Part shown: positions 1 to 12,235 of the stretch, one piece after another
How positions within the stretch are numbered: position 1 is the stretch's first letter
Layout: every line of letters starts with the position of its first letter
Assembly: GCA_004431415.1 (NCBI GenBank)
Contig: QPMI01000599.1
Coordinates: 220,859 to 284,858 of the forward strand
Reading direction: 5' to 3'
Length of the DNA stretch: 64,000 nt
From: Cyanophora paradoxa CCMP329
Lineage: Eukaryota; Plantae; Glaucophyta
The notes under the pieces: generated by a model
Seen by the model: the letters and a program-made list of their open reading frames with translations, nothing else
Told to the model about the DNA's origin: nothing
Databases searched by the model: none
Program-made: the position numbers and the translations under genes

Positions 1-1633
1 AGACGAGGGGGACGCTGGCGAGGGAGGGGGCGGAGTCGGAGCGGGGCCGGAGGCGGCTGGGGCTGGGCACCCCCAGCTGCAGCATCGCCTGCGCGTCCAG
101 CTCCTCCGACTTGCGCTTCTTCGGCCTCCGCATCTTGTTCTTGACTGCGCGCGCCAGTTCAACCCCCGCGGCCGGATGGTGTCAAGAGGGTGGCGCGAAC
201 GCACATCTCAGGCCGGGGTACATCTTTTCGAACTCTTCCTTGGCCTCCTGAGCCAGGGCGGCGTACCTTTGGGGTTACGGCGCGTCAGGGATGCGTGCGC
301 GGCCGCAGGGGGTTCGCTCACCGATCCTTTTCCTCCTTTGGAAGCGCCTTCCACGTCTGCCCGTCGCGGGTTCGATTCCCGGCGAGAGAGAATCGAATCG
401 TGGCCGCGGACCTTGCCGAGCATGGCGGAGATTTCAGTGTTGGCAAGGTCCGGGTACTCGGCCGCGAAGCGCTTGCGGAACTGCGCAGGTGTGAGGCGTG
501 CCTCGCGATCGAAGTCTAGGGCCTCCGGGATCTGATCGAGATCGAGGGCGGGGATCGCAGAGCGTATGCACATGCGCACCGTGTTCGAATATATCATGAA
601 GCCGTTGCACTGCGGTAATGAATGTCAGGGCGCCGCGCGATACCGCCAACGGGGTACCGGTGCGCCCGGGCGCCCGGGCCGGGGGGGTGCGGACCGGGCG
701 CCTGGGCAGCTCTCCGGACGCGGAGTCGCGTCGGAGGGGCGGGGCGCTGGGGCCGGCGCCGGCGGGGGCGCGGCTGGGGTCCACGGGGGCGGGGGAGACG
801 TTGCTCGTGAGCTCCTCGAGCTCGCTGGCCCCGTCGCCGTCGCTCTCCTGCTCGCGATCGGTTCGTTCGGCTTCGGAGTGGAGTGGCGGGGCGGTGCGGG
901 GGCGGGGCGGGGGCGCGGACCAGCTTGACGTCGAGGGAGGAGGCGCTGGGGACGGAGGCGACGGAGCCGAGGGAGGCGGTGCGGCTGAAGCGGTGGCCCT
1001 CCGCCTCGCTCCAGCTCCCCGGCGCCGAGAGCGAGAGCGAGGCCGCCGAGGCCGGCCCCGCCTGCGAGGAGGCCCCCGAGCGGCGCCCCGCCGAGAGCCG
1101 CGCCGCGAGCCGCTCCGCCGCCGCCGCGATCGCGTTCCCGTCGGCGCTCTCCCACGGCGGGGCTGAGAGCTCGGCAGCGATGGCCGATGGCGAGCGGAGC
1201 GCCGGCACCGGGGGCCTCGCGAAGGGCCGGGCCGCCGACTCGGAGGCGGCCCCGGAGCTGGAGCTCGAGGTCGACGCGCCCAGGCCCACGAGCGGATCGG
1301 CATCGAGGGCGCCGACGCCGGCGCCGGAACAGGTTGCAAGGAAGGACGGTTCGGGCGGGCCGGCGATCGCCGAGTCGATCGAAGCCCAAGGGATGGGGAA
1401 GCCAGGGAGGCCGGCAAAGGGCGACGCGGCGTTGAAGAACTGGGACGCGTGCACTTGGGCGACGAGGTCCGCCCAGTCGGGGAAAGAGGATCCAGGCTGG
1501 CATGGCATGCCCCCGGGGACTGCGACGGCGGCGGCCGCGAGAGAGCGAGTCACGCGGGCGCCGGGCAGGGCTTGCGCAGCGCGGAGCGCTAGCGGAAGCC
1601 GGGCGGGGGACGCTCACAACTCGTTGTGTCCAT
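1..1633 (-). CDS. HMG-box (SOX/MATA-like, single box) transcription factor; multi-exon; 3' end runs off the left edge
   Basis: Splicing minus-strand exons between ~715 and ~130 at GT..AG sites gives ELPRRP/CNGFMIYSNT/FRKRFAAEYPDLANTEISAMLGK/TWKALPKEEKDR/YAALAQEAKEEFEKMYPGLR/FKNKMRRPKKRK, a complete HMG box with a basic tail. The upstream Ser/Ala/Pro-rich exons and the start codon (ATG at 1633) are tentative. Confidence 0.85.
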
Positions 1634-2621
1634 GAAATAAGACTTCAGAAGAGCTCGGGGGACACCGGAGGGACGACGCCCGAGGGCGGGGGGCGGCCGA
1701 GCAGCCGGCGGTCGGTCTGGAACTGAAGGTGCCGCAGCGTCAGCGCGTGCGGCGCATTCCGCACTGGGGGAAGCACGAGCGTGCGATGAGAAAGGCGGAC
1801 CGTAGCGCGGAGCATGGGGCGGGTTGTCGGCTCCAATGGTCGCTTCACGCGGGCTGAAAGCTGGCGGGACTCGGGGCTCGCCGAGTCGCGTCTCGTACGC
1901 GAGCGGAGTCGACTGCCGGTGGCTGCTGCTGCTGGTTTACGCGCGCGTCTACGGCCGGCCGATCGATCCGCCGCTTTCTGCAAGCCAGCTGCCCAGCAGA
2001 TCGCACGCGGTACCCGGGGCGGCAAGGCCGAACATCCACTTTTTTCGCGCGCCTGAGTGAGCACGGGACTCCATGACCGGCCAAAAAAACAGTTGAGTTT
2101 CGACCAATCGCGCTCGGTTGCGAGCGTGCATGAATGCGAAAAGCACAACCCGCGTGACGCGGTCGGGCCACGCGATCGCGGAGAATCGCCGGTGAATGGG
2201 CCCCGGGAGCCTCCGATATATATATATATATATATTATATAATATAAACGCGGCGATTGAAGCCGCGATTCCCGACGAATTTCCCGTTCCTGAATCTGGA
2301 CGTGTCCCTTCAACGCTACTAGCGCCGTCTAGCGGATCTAGAACTTACTAGAAGTCGACAACCGCGCGCGAGCGGCGGGTACGTATACGTACCAGTGTAC
2401 CACGTACGCGTAGATACTTACGCGGCGCGGCGCGCCGCGCGCGGCCGGGCGCGCGCCGCGCGGCGGCTGTTGCGGCCCCACTTGCGGGTACGCGCGGCAT
2501 TATGCCGGCAATGGCCCGGCATACGCCGTGACGTACCGCCGCTTACGCCGTGATGGTTGCGTTCGATTCGAGGCATACATGTACACGAGAGACGCGTGCG
2601 GATTTCGAGGCGGGCCTGGGC

Positions 2622-5600
2622 CTAGGAGGGGGCGGCGAGCTGGGCGTGGAGGAGGTTGTAGAGGGCGGCGGTGACGAGCTGGTGGCCCGTCTTCACCGTC
2701 AGGCGGAACGCGAGGGCCCCCGCGTTCGTCTCCACCCGCGCCATCACCGGGATCTGCACCGGCTGCGATGGGGGGGGAGGGTGAGACGGGAGGAGAGGGC
2801 CCCGCGGGCTGCGGAGGCGGAAAGAAGGGGGAGGGGGGGGGGGGGGGGGGGGGGTGCACCTGCTGCGGGTTCTGCGCGTTGTGCGCGAAGAAGAGGGCCA
2901 CCCCGTGCAGGGCCGCCGCGCCGGCCTCGACGCCCTTCACCACTGCCCCCGCCCCGCCTGTCAGCCGCAGGCAGCGCCGCGGCGGCCGCCGCCCGCGCTC
3001 ACCGCCGAGCTTGAGGCCGCCGAAGACGCGCTCGATCGCGGCCATGTCGACGGTCCGCGCCCGCGCCGCCCCGCTGAGAGGGAGGCGCCCCGGTCAGAGG
3101 CGGGGGGCGCGGCGAGGGGGCGGGGCGCGGGGCGCGGGCGCCTGTGCTCGCGGTGCGCCTCGGAGAAGACGGGGGAGGACCACCTGCGCGGGGGTACGCC
3201 AGCGCGATCAGAAGGCGCCGGCGAGCGGATGCTGCCGCCTCGCAGCCGCGACACGCTCCACGGGCTCGAGGGACGCTAGCAGACAGACGGAACCCCGGCA
3301 AGGGATGGGCTGGAGGGGGCGCGGGGGTGCGAGCGGGGGGCGCGGGGGGGGCACCGCTTGAGGAACTCCTCGGGGGGCATGGCGAGGGGCTCGTTGAACT
3401 TGGAGAGCACGATCGGCAGCCGCAGCGACACCTGCCCAAGGGGCCGTACATGAGTTGGACCGGGGGGGAGGAAAGGGGGAGGGGGGGGGACCTGGCGCTG
3501 CTGGGCGCCCGTCGGGGCCTCGACCCTGCGGGGGCACGCGGGGGCTCAGGGGGCGGAGGGGTACGATGGCACGGGGCGCCGCCCTCCTCGCGGCTCGTTC
3601 TACGAGAGGCGCGACGGTAAGAGAGCGCACTGGAACATGATGTCGATCTTGGGGGACTCGGGGAAGGGCTCCAGGCACTGGCACATGATCCCCTGCTGCG
3701 CCTGCGGGCGCGAGCGCGGCGGCGAAGCGAGGCGCGCAGGCTCAGGCCCAGAGGGGAAGGCGGCCGGAAGCGGGGGGGGGGGGGGGGGGGGGGGGGGCAG
3801 CGTGCCTGGAAGCGGGGCGCGATGGATGGCGGCGCGGGCCCGCAGTTGATCTCGACGGCTGCGGCGAGAATCGCATCGATCACGCGGGGAGGGGACGGGG
3901 GGCGCGCGGGCGGCGCACTGGCGAAGTGGGGTACTTGGGTGCGGAAGCTGCTGAGGGGGACGGGGGCCTTGTTGCCGTAGAAGAGCAGGATGCGCCCCTG
4001 GTGGCAGTGGAACTCCATCTTGAGCGCGACCTGCGGGGCGGCCCCGTGAGGATTCGAGGGCGGTGCGGGTCGCGGGGGCGCGGGGGCGCGGGGGCGCGCC
4101 TGGAAGACGTCGTCCTCGTAGAGTATGCCGTCGTTGGCGGTGCAGAGGGCGCGGAAGAGCTCCGGGTGCGCCTCCATGCCCGACGGCGCTGCCGCCGCGG
4201 CGGGCTGGGCCGGCTGGGCGGGCTGGGCGGGGCGGCGGGGCGGCGGGGCTGGGGCGGGGGCGGGAGGGCCGAGGAGGTCGACGAGGGCGGACTGGGGCTG
4301 GGCGGGGCGGGGCGGGGCGGGGGCGGGGGCGGAATGGGCGGAGGGGGCGGGGGCCATCGGGTGCATCGACTGCATGGCCGGCTGCATGGGGTGCATCATG
4401 GAAGGCGGCGCCTGCTGCTGCTGCTGCTGCATCGCCATCGGCTGCATGCCCTGCATGCTATGCATCATCGAGGGCGGCACCTGCTGCTGCTGCTGCATCG
4501 GCTGGATCGGCTGCATGCTCTGCATCGCGGAGGGCGGCTGCTGCTGCGGGGCCTGCTGCTGCGCCGGCGTGCGCAGGGCGTCGGCGAGGGACATCGACTG
4601 GGCCTGCTGCACGGGCTGGCCCATGCCGAGGCCCATGGGCGGCGGCGGCGCCGGCGGCTGCGCCGGGGCCTGCGAGGGCGACGCGAACGGGTTGTCTTCC
4701 TCGGGGGGTGCCAGCGCGGGGGGCGGCCCGACCGGGCCGCCCATCAGCAGGTCCAGGGCCCCTGTACCGGAGGCCCTCGTGAGGGCCGAGAAGAGGGGCG
4801 GTGAGGAGGAGGGAGGGGGACCTTGCTGGGAGGGGGCGGCGGCAGCGGCGGCGGCACCGGTCGGCGTGGCCGGCGCCGGGCGGGCGCGCGTGCGGACGGA
4901 GGGGGCCTGCGGGGGGCGGTGAGCGGGGCGGGAGCGGGCGCCTCGCAGGCGTCCACCTGGGAGAGCTCGGGGGCGCCGGCGGGGGCGGGCGGGGGCGTCG
5001 GGTCGGCGAAGGGGTTGTCGGGCTCCACGGCGGCCGGGCCCGACACGTCCAGCAGGTTGGCCTCCCTGCCGGCACCTCGGCGCGACGCCTCGGAGCGCCT
5101 GAGGGGGCGGGGCCGCACGCGGGGGGCGCCTTGGGGGTCTCCGGGGCCTTGGGGGCCTCGCCCTGCGGCGCGCGAGGAGCGTCAACAGCGCGCTGCGCCC
5201 GCTCTCGGCTCCCAGCTCTCAGCCATCGGCATCGGGGGGCGCCCGGGGCTGGCCGGCCGGCCGAGTCGCCGGGGGCAGGCAGGCGGGCACCTTCTTCTTC
5301 TGCTCGTCCTCGAAGGAGGCGGTCCACGTCTGCGCCCCCGCGTGCTTCTCCGCCAGGCGCTGCCCCCGGCGGCCCCGCCCGCTCAGCGCCGCTGCTCCGG
5401 GGGAGGCCTGGGCGCGGGGCGGGGGCACCTTGAGGAGGGCGGACTCGCGGTCCGGGAAGGCCGGCATCATCTCCCACACCGTGTGCTGGCCCCCGCCACG
5501 CGGTGAGCCGTGCGGGCGCAAGGCCGCACGGGCCGGCGCGGAGGGCGCCGCGGGACGAATGGGACGGCCGCTGGGCTCTAGCAGGGTGCCCCGTACACGG

Positions 5601-8600
5601 GGGGCGGCGGGGCGGGCGCACGACGACGTTGTCGGAGACGGCGCGGCCGAAGGCGGCGTACTCGCACGCCCGCTGCTGGATCTCCACGTCGAAGAACGCC
5701 TTGTGCGACTCGAACACTGCGGGAGCGGCGAGGAGGAGGAGGGCCGGCGGTGAGTGGGCGGTCGGCCGGGCGGTCGGCCGGGCGGCGGGGCGGCGCACCG
5801 GGCAGGATGGTCTCCTTCAGCTCGGGGTACACGTTCATGAACTGCGAGGGGAAGAGTGGGCGGGGACGAGGAGGCGGGCGGGGCGGGGGCGGGGCCCGGG
5901 GGCCACCTTGACGTAGGTGGAGAGGAGCATGGCGCGCGTCTGGCCCGTGCACGAGGGGAAGCGCCGGTGCAGCAGCCCGAACTGGTTCGCCGGCCTGCCG
6001 TCCCCCCGCCCGCCGTCAGCGGAGGCGGCTCGGAGGGGCCCGGGGTGGGGCTGGCCCCTCCCCCTCCCGGGGACGGCTGGAGGGGGCTCTGGAGGGGCCC
6101 GCGGGGCGCACGAGCACTGGGGCTGGTCCGAGATGAGGTGCCCGAACTCGCCGAGGAGGTACGAGCCGACCGTCAGCATCTTCTCGTGCACGTTCTCCGC
6201 CTCCAGGTTCTGCCCCCGCCGTCAGCGGCGCCCCGGCCCGCGGCGGCTGCGAGGGGCCTAGGGCGGGCGCAGCGGGGCGGCGGCCCGCGAGGCGCTTCCA
6301 CGTCTGGGAGAGACCGGAAGCGGCCTGGCAGGCCTCTCCTCCAGGCTCTCGGTAGGCCTCGGGGCGGGGCGGGGCGGGGCGGGGCGGGGCGGGGCGGGGC
6401 GGGCCTTGAAGACGGTGGCGGCGGCGTACTGCTGGAGGGCCTCGTTGTTCGTGACGATCCTGCGCGGGCACGCGCGGCGAGGCGGCCCGCTCACCGAGGC
6501 CACGCCGGCGGGCGGGAGCGCCGCGCGGGGCGCGGGCGCACATGACGACGCGGTGCCACACGACGTCGGACACGAAGTCCCTGCGCGCCAGTCAGGGCCG
6601 GCAGGTCCCGGGGCGGGCCGGCGGGGGGGCGGGGGGGCGGACCCGGCGAGGCTGATGAGCTGGAGGATGACATCGACGTACCTGCGCGCGCGCCCCGCCG
6701 TCGCCTCCCGCGCTCACCCGAAGCCCGGGGCGGCGCAGGACGGGCCCCTAGCGGCGCGCACCAGGCGAGGCGCGGTGCGAACTTCTCGGCGAGGATGGCG
6801 ATCTTGAGGACCTGCGGGGCGGGCTGGGCCCTCGGGGCGGGGCGGCGGGGCGGCGGGGCGCACGAGCTCCTCGCGGATGGCGAAGTCGGCGGTGACGAGG
6901 AAGTCGAGCAGCTCGCCCACGATCTCCTGCGCCGCCCCGCGCGTCAGCGAGGGGCGGGGCGAGCGGGAGGCAGCGCTGCGGGGCGGGGCGGGGCGGGGCG
7001 GGGCGGGCCTGGCCGTTGCTCGCGTCGCAGATGGCGTAGAGGAGGTCGAGGGCGCGGCGGCGGATGGAGATGTCCGCGTCCCTAAGCGACTCCACGATCC
7101 GCTGCTGGTGCTTCCGCACCTGCCGCGGGACCCGCGTCAGGGGGGCCAGGGGGGAGGGGGAAAAGGCGGGGCGCGCGTGGTCGGCGGCGTCGGGGATGAC
7201 GGCGACGCGGCCCATCGTCTCCAGCCCCAGGTACTTGATGTTCGGCTCCCGCACCTGCCCGGGCCCCCCGCCGACGCCCCGCCCCGTGAGGCCCCGCCGG
7301 GCGCGGCGAGGGCGCTACGCCGAGCGCGGCTGCCGGGCTGCGGGGCCGGGGGAGGGGTACGGGCGCACGGCGATGAAGCGGCCCAGGAGGTTGATGCCCT
7401 GCGAGACCAGGTCCCCCTCCTTCCTGCCGGCGACGAACGGTGAGGGGGGTACGGGTTCAGGGCCACCGGGGGGGGGGAGGGGGGGAGGGGAAGGAAGGGT
7501 ACGAGTCCATCTGAACGACGAGGTTGATCGCCTCGAAGAGAACGGCGTGGCTCGCGTTGTTCTTGTTCACATTCTGCACCCGGGCGGGGGAGAGCGGGGC
7601 GGGGTGAGCGTGCGGGGTACCCGATCCGGGACGAGGGGTACGCCGCGCACCTTAGTGACGTCCGTCGTGGCGATGATCTGCTTCAGGACCTGCGCGGCGC
7701 TTCAGCGCTGATCGCGGGGGTACGGCGATGGCGGCGCGAAAGGGGAGGGCACCTCGATGAGGTTGCGCTTGAAGCTGCCGCGCTCGCGCTCCGAGCGGCG
7801 CTTCTCCTTGTCCCGCTCCTTTTCGCGCTCCTTCTCGTCCTCCGGCCGGCTCGTCGGGGGGTAGTACTGCAGGAGCCGCAGCGCCTTCACCTGCCCGGTA
7901 CCCCCGCTCGCTGCGGGTCCGGGGTGCGCGGGTGCGAGGGCGCGGCGCGCCTGGATCCACGGGGAGGGTATGCCATAGTACGTGTAGTCGGGGCCGTACT
8001 CGCGGTCGACGAGCAGCTGAGGGGGTACGCGATTGGGGGCGCCGGCACGAGGAGCGCGGGGGCTGCGCGCGCACGCGGGAGAGGATCTTGCAGGCGGCGG
8101 GGGCGAGCGCGTCCCAGCCGCGCGGGTTGATGGACACGATCCCGTTGGCCATGGAGAGAGCGGACGTGACGACACCGAGGTCCCGGTCGCCCATCAGCTC
8201 GATGAGCCGCTCGGTCCACGTCTCGGGCGAGAGCACCTGCGGGACGCAGCGCGGCGCCACGCTCAGCTTTGCGCACCGGCGCTCACTCGCGTGCGAAGCG
8301 CACCTCCGGCTGCTTCCTGTAGAGGCGGAGCATGCAGAGGATCGCCTTCTTCCGGATGGAGGGGCGGTAGGTGCTGCGGGGCGCGGGGGCTCGGGGAGGG
8401 CGGGGCGGCCGGCACGAGCGGGCGCCGGCGGTCGCACTTGTTCATCACGATCTTCTCGACCTCGGGGGCGAGGGCCTCTGCGAAGTCGCGGCCGCCCATG
8501 TTTGCGACGGACGTCAGCGCGAGGGCCATGAAGTTCTCGTTCTTCGACACGATGTCGTTCCGGATTGCGTTGATAATGAGCCGCAGCAGCTCGCTCTCCT

Positions 8601-9030
8601 CGTTCAGCAGCAGCGACGTCGCCAGGTAGCCCTGCAGCGCCGCCTCGGGCGGCGAAGCGGGGCGCGGGCGGCGGGCGCGAGGCGCACGACTTGCTTCTCT
8701 GAGTACTTGCTGGACCCGATGAGGTTGATCGCTTCCATATGGCCAAAGTCGACCTCGTAGCCCAGCATGTAGATGTAGAGCAGCTTCCATGTGTACTTCT
8801 TCTTATCGTACGAGCTGAGCGCCGTGTCCGACTTGAACTTCTTCCGAATGTGCGCCATCTCTTTGTCCACGCGCTTCTTCTCCGCCTCCTTGCTCTGGCC
8901 TGCGGCGAGCCTCGGGGGGTCACAGAGGGAAGCATTTCGCGCCCAGGCGTGCGCGGAGGCGCTCACAGTTGCGAATGTCCGATATGAACACCGTCAGCCC
9001 GCGCATGTTGGACTGCGCGCCGAGGGTCAT
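2622..9030 (-). CDS. AP2A: AP-2 adaptor complex subunit alpha (alpha-adaptin), many short introns
   Basis: Exon translations [140 protein letters not shown] and ear domain NDGILYEDD are alpha-adaptin hallmarks. The last exon ends [16 protein letters not shown] (2622-2624). Confidence 0.96.
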
Positions 9031-9470
9031 TCGAAAACCAGGTGCCCGGCCGGCGGGCGGGCTCGGCCCGCCCGCGCCTCTCTGGCGCTGCGTACGGGCC
9101 ACGCGGCTGCGAACCTGCGCCATACTGAGCCGCGCCCGGTTGGCTTGGCGTTTTTGGTGTACCCGGTTGACCGGCCAAATTGCAACGTTCCTTGACACTC
9201 CTCTACCCTGGCGCGAATTGCCCCCTGAGCCTCGGAGGCGGCCCCGTGAGATCTTCGTCTATCGCTTATTCACCTGTACATGTGTGTTACAGTCACTGTG
9301 TACTAGTGTGTAGGCCTAGGCCTAGGGGCGGGGCGAGCCCCGGGCGACGCGACGGACGCGTACGTAACGGCGGTGACGCGTGCGCTCCCTTCGAGCAGGC
9401 CGTCGAGATCGCCCCCTGCCGGCGCCCTGCTGACCGCCCCGAGGTTCTCGACCGGAGGGCCGCGGTGGCC

Positions 9471-11620
9471 ATGGCGATGGACTTCGTCAGGAGGCACTTC
9501 CCCCGCCTCGTGCCGATCTCGTCGACGTCTTCCCAGCAGCTGCCGGCGGCCTCCGCCAGCGCGGGAGCGCCCCCGGCCCCACCCCGCCCCGCGAACGTGG
9601 CCATGGCGATCGGGGCGGCCGCCTCCGGGTCCGGCTCCGGGTCCTCGGCTCGCGATCGCGATCTGGGGCACGGGCAGTGCCGGCTCGCGCACCGGAGAGG
9701 ATCCGGCCCGCTCCCGGCTGCGGCCCAGGCGCGCGTGCCCGTGCACGTCGTCGGGCGCGCCGGGCCGGCGCTGCCCTCCGTAGAGGGGCAAATTGCAAGC
9801 CGCGCGAGCCGCGGCCGCCCGCTCATGATCAGGCGGGCCTCGCAGTCGGCGTCGGCGTCGCCCCCGCCGACGTCGCCGACGGTCTCCGACGACGACGGCG
9901 AGGATCTCGAGGAGGGCGGGGGCGAGCTCGAGCCGCCACCGCTCCTCCCCGACTCCTCGCCCTCCTCGAGTTCCCTCTCGCCGGCCGCCTCCTCGTGCCC
10001 CTCCTTGGGTGGATCCCCGCGCAACTCCCGCCCCCCCTCCATCCTCGACCTCTCCGCCCCGGGCCCGGGCCTCTCCGCCCCGGCGCCGGCCCCGCGGGCC
10101 CCGGAGCCCCCCACCCGCGCGCGGCTCATCAAACTGGTGCGGCCCCGGTCCCCGATCATGAACCGCGCCCGAGTCGACGTCGCTGACGCCCCGGGCCAGA
10201 TGTGGCTCGCGTCCATCTCGAGGGGCCAGCACCCCTCCGGATCCGACCGCAGCCTCGCCGGCCCCCGCCCCCTCGGCCTCCCACTGCGCATCGATTTCTC
10301 CCAATACGAGGTCCCTGTTCCCCCCCGCCCGCGGCCTTGGAGATCGGCCGCCCTCGCCCCCGCCCCCGCCCTGACGCCCCTGGCCGCGCCCCGTGGAGCA
10401 GGCGTTCCACCACGCGCTGAGCCGGGCCACGTGGTCCTCGGGCGAGTGGACCCTCGACGCCGCCGCCGCCCTCTGCCGCGTGCGCCCCCGCGGCCGCAGG
10501 CAGCCACGCGCACCCCCGCCATCGAGCGCGAACGCTGATGCGACTCGGCGGTGCGGCGTGGCGCGCTCGCTCGCAGGGGAACTGGAGGGTGGACTCGCGC
10601 GGCTTCGCCACGATGAGCCGCGAGGCCTTCGAGGCCGCTCTCGAGCTCCTCTCCCTCAACGTGCGCCCCCAATTGCAAAGCCTACGCTTCTGCGCGGCTC
10701 TAATTATAAATGCCTAAATGGCTCTGAAAGAGAAGAACGTATAAGCCCTAGGCCTGGACATGGGCCTAGGACTATGGTCATGATCATGAGCCTAGGACTA
10801 ACCTCTGCCGAATATTTTCACAAGCTTTTTAAGCCCCTCGTTTCGTCCACGTCATTAATATTCAAGATTCTTTTAGTGCACTTATACATTCTTCTTATGT
10901 TGCTCCCGATTTTTCGTGCAATCTTCGTATGTTGCCCTCAATTAACGGGGTGCGTTCGGGGGCGCCGCGCCGCAGTACGCGCAGCACATCGCGGGGTGCG
11001 AGGCCGGGGTGGCGCTCCGCCTGCTCGCCCTCGACGCCGGCCTCGGCGACGACGTACCCCTCGCCTTCCTCATGTGCCTCGCCGAGGCCATCGTCCGGGG
11101 GGGCGCCCCCTGGCCCTCCGCGTCCGCCACCCCCGCCCCCGCGTCCGCATCCGCCTCGTCGCAATCGGGACCCCCGCGCCTGCTGGCCTTGAAGCCCTGG
11201 GAAGGTCCGCCCGCCCTTTAATTTCTTTCAAGCGGCGCCGCGCTGCAGCGGGCTGAGGGGGCCGGCGGGGCAGAGGTGCCGCTGGGCAGCGCGACGCCGC
11301 AGGCGCTCCTGAGGCTGCTGGCCGCGCACCAGCTGCCGCGGCCCCCCAGGCGCGCCCCGGGCTCGAGCTCCTCCGAGAACCCGGGCCAGCCCCGGGCCCG
11401 GGGGCAGCCGCGGGCGGGGCGGGGCGGGGCACCGCAGCCGGCGCTCCGGCTGCGGCCGCGGGCGCCGCGCCGGGGACGAGGGCGGGGGCGGGGGCGGTGG
11501 AGGAGGTGGAGACGGCGTGCGGGGCGGGCGGGGGCGCCGGGGCGCCGGGGACGGCGGTGGGCCTGCGGCGGGCAGCCCTCCAGCAGCGCCTTCACCGCCT
11601 CCTCGCCCAGAGGCTCTTAG
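9471..11620 (+). CDS. Hypothetical multi-exon protein with Ser/Pro-rich N-terminus
   Basis: Coding-like segments (MDFVRRHFPRL; QAFHHALSRATWSSGEWTLDAAAALC; VALRLLALDAGLGDDVPLAFLMCLAEAIV) are separated by intron-like GT..CTGAC..CAG stretches. No recognisable domain; boundaries uncertain. Confidence 0.45.
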
Positions 11621-12235
11621 CCCCCGGGCCCTGAATCCCCGCCCGCCCGCCCCCGGCCCGCTCCAGCCCGGTACCCACGGATCCGGAGTCCACCCGCGGG
11701 GCCGCATCCAGCGCACCCTCGGGCTCTAGACCTGGCGGAGGCCGTACGCGTGCCACGGTGCGTACACGTACGGGACAGCTCTGCAGCTGGAGCAGCTGCA
11801 GACTGATTCGAGCGGCCCGGCTATCAATACTATATTAATATCAATCTATAATATCTGTATAAAGCTCGAGAAACGTACACTTCCTTCCACAAGCCTTGAA
11901 GAGTATTTTATATCGATGTCGCGCGCGTAGTATTTGTATTTTCTGTGGTTATTGTTTTTGAATTTGTACTTGTATGTATTATAATTATAGGTCTATAGTT
12001 ATATAGCTAAGCTAGCTAGTACACGTAGATCATGTAGTATTTAGTCTAGTCGTAGTATTTTCGCAGATCTAGAGCTTCGGGCTCGAGGGTGTGGGGGATC
12101 TTTTTGCATGCGCAGATTTTGCAGTATTTTAATTTTTTGTACGTTTACATGTACATGTGGGTATATAGGCTGAAATTAAGGGTACTACGGTACCGGTCAT
12201 TTCACGTACGTTCTTTCTGCTCGCTTTAAGGGCTA

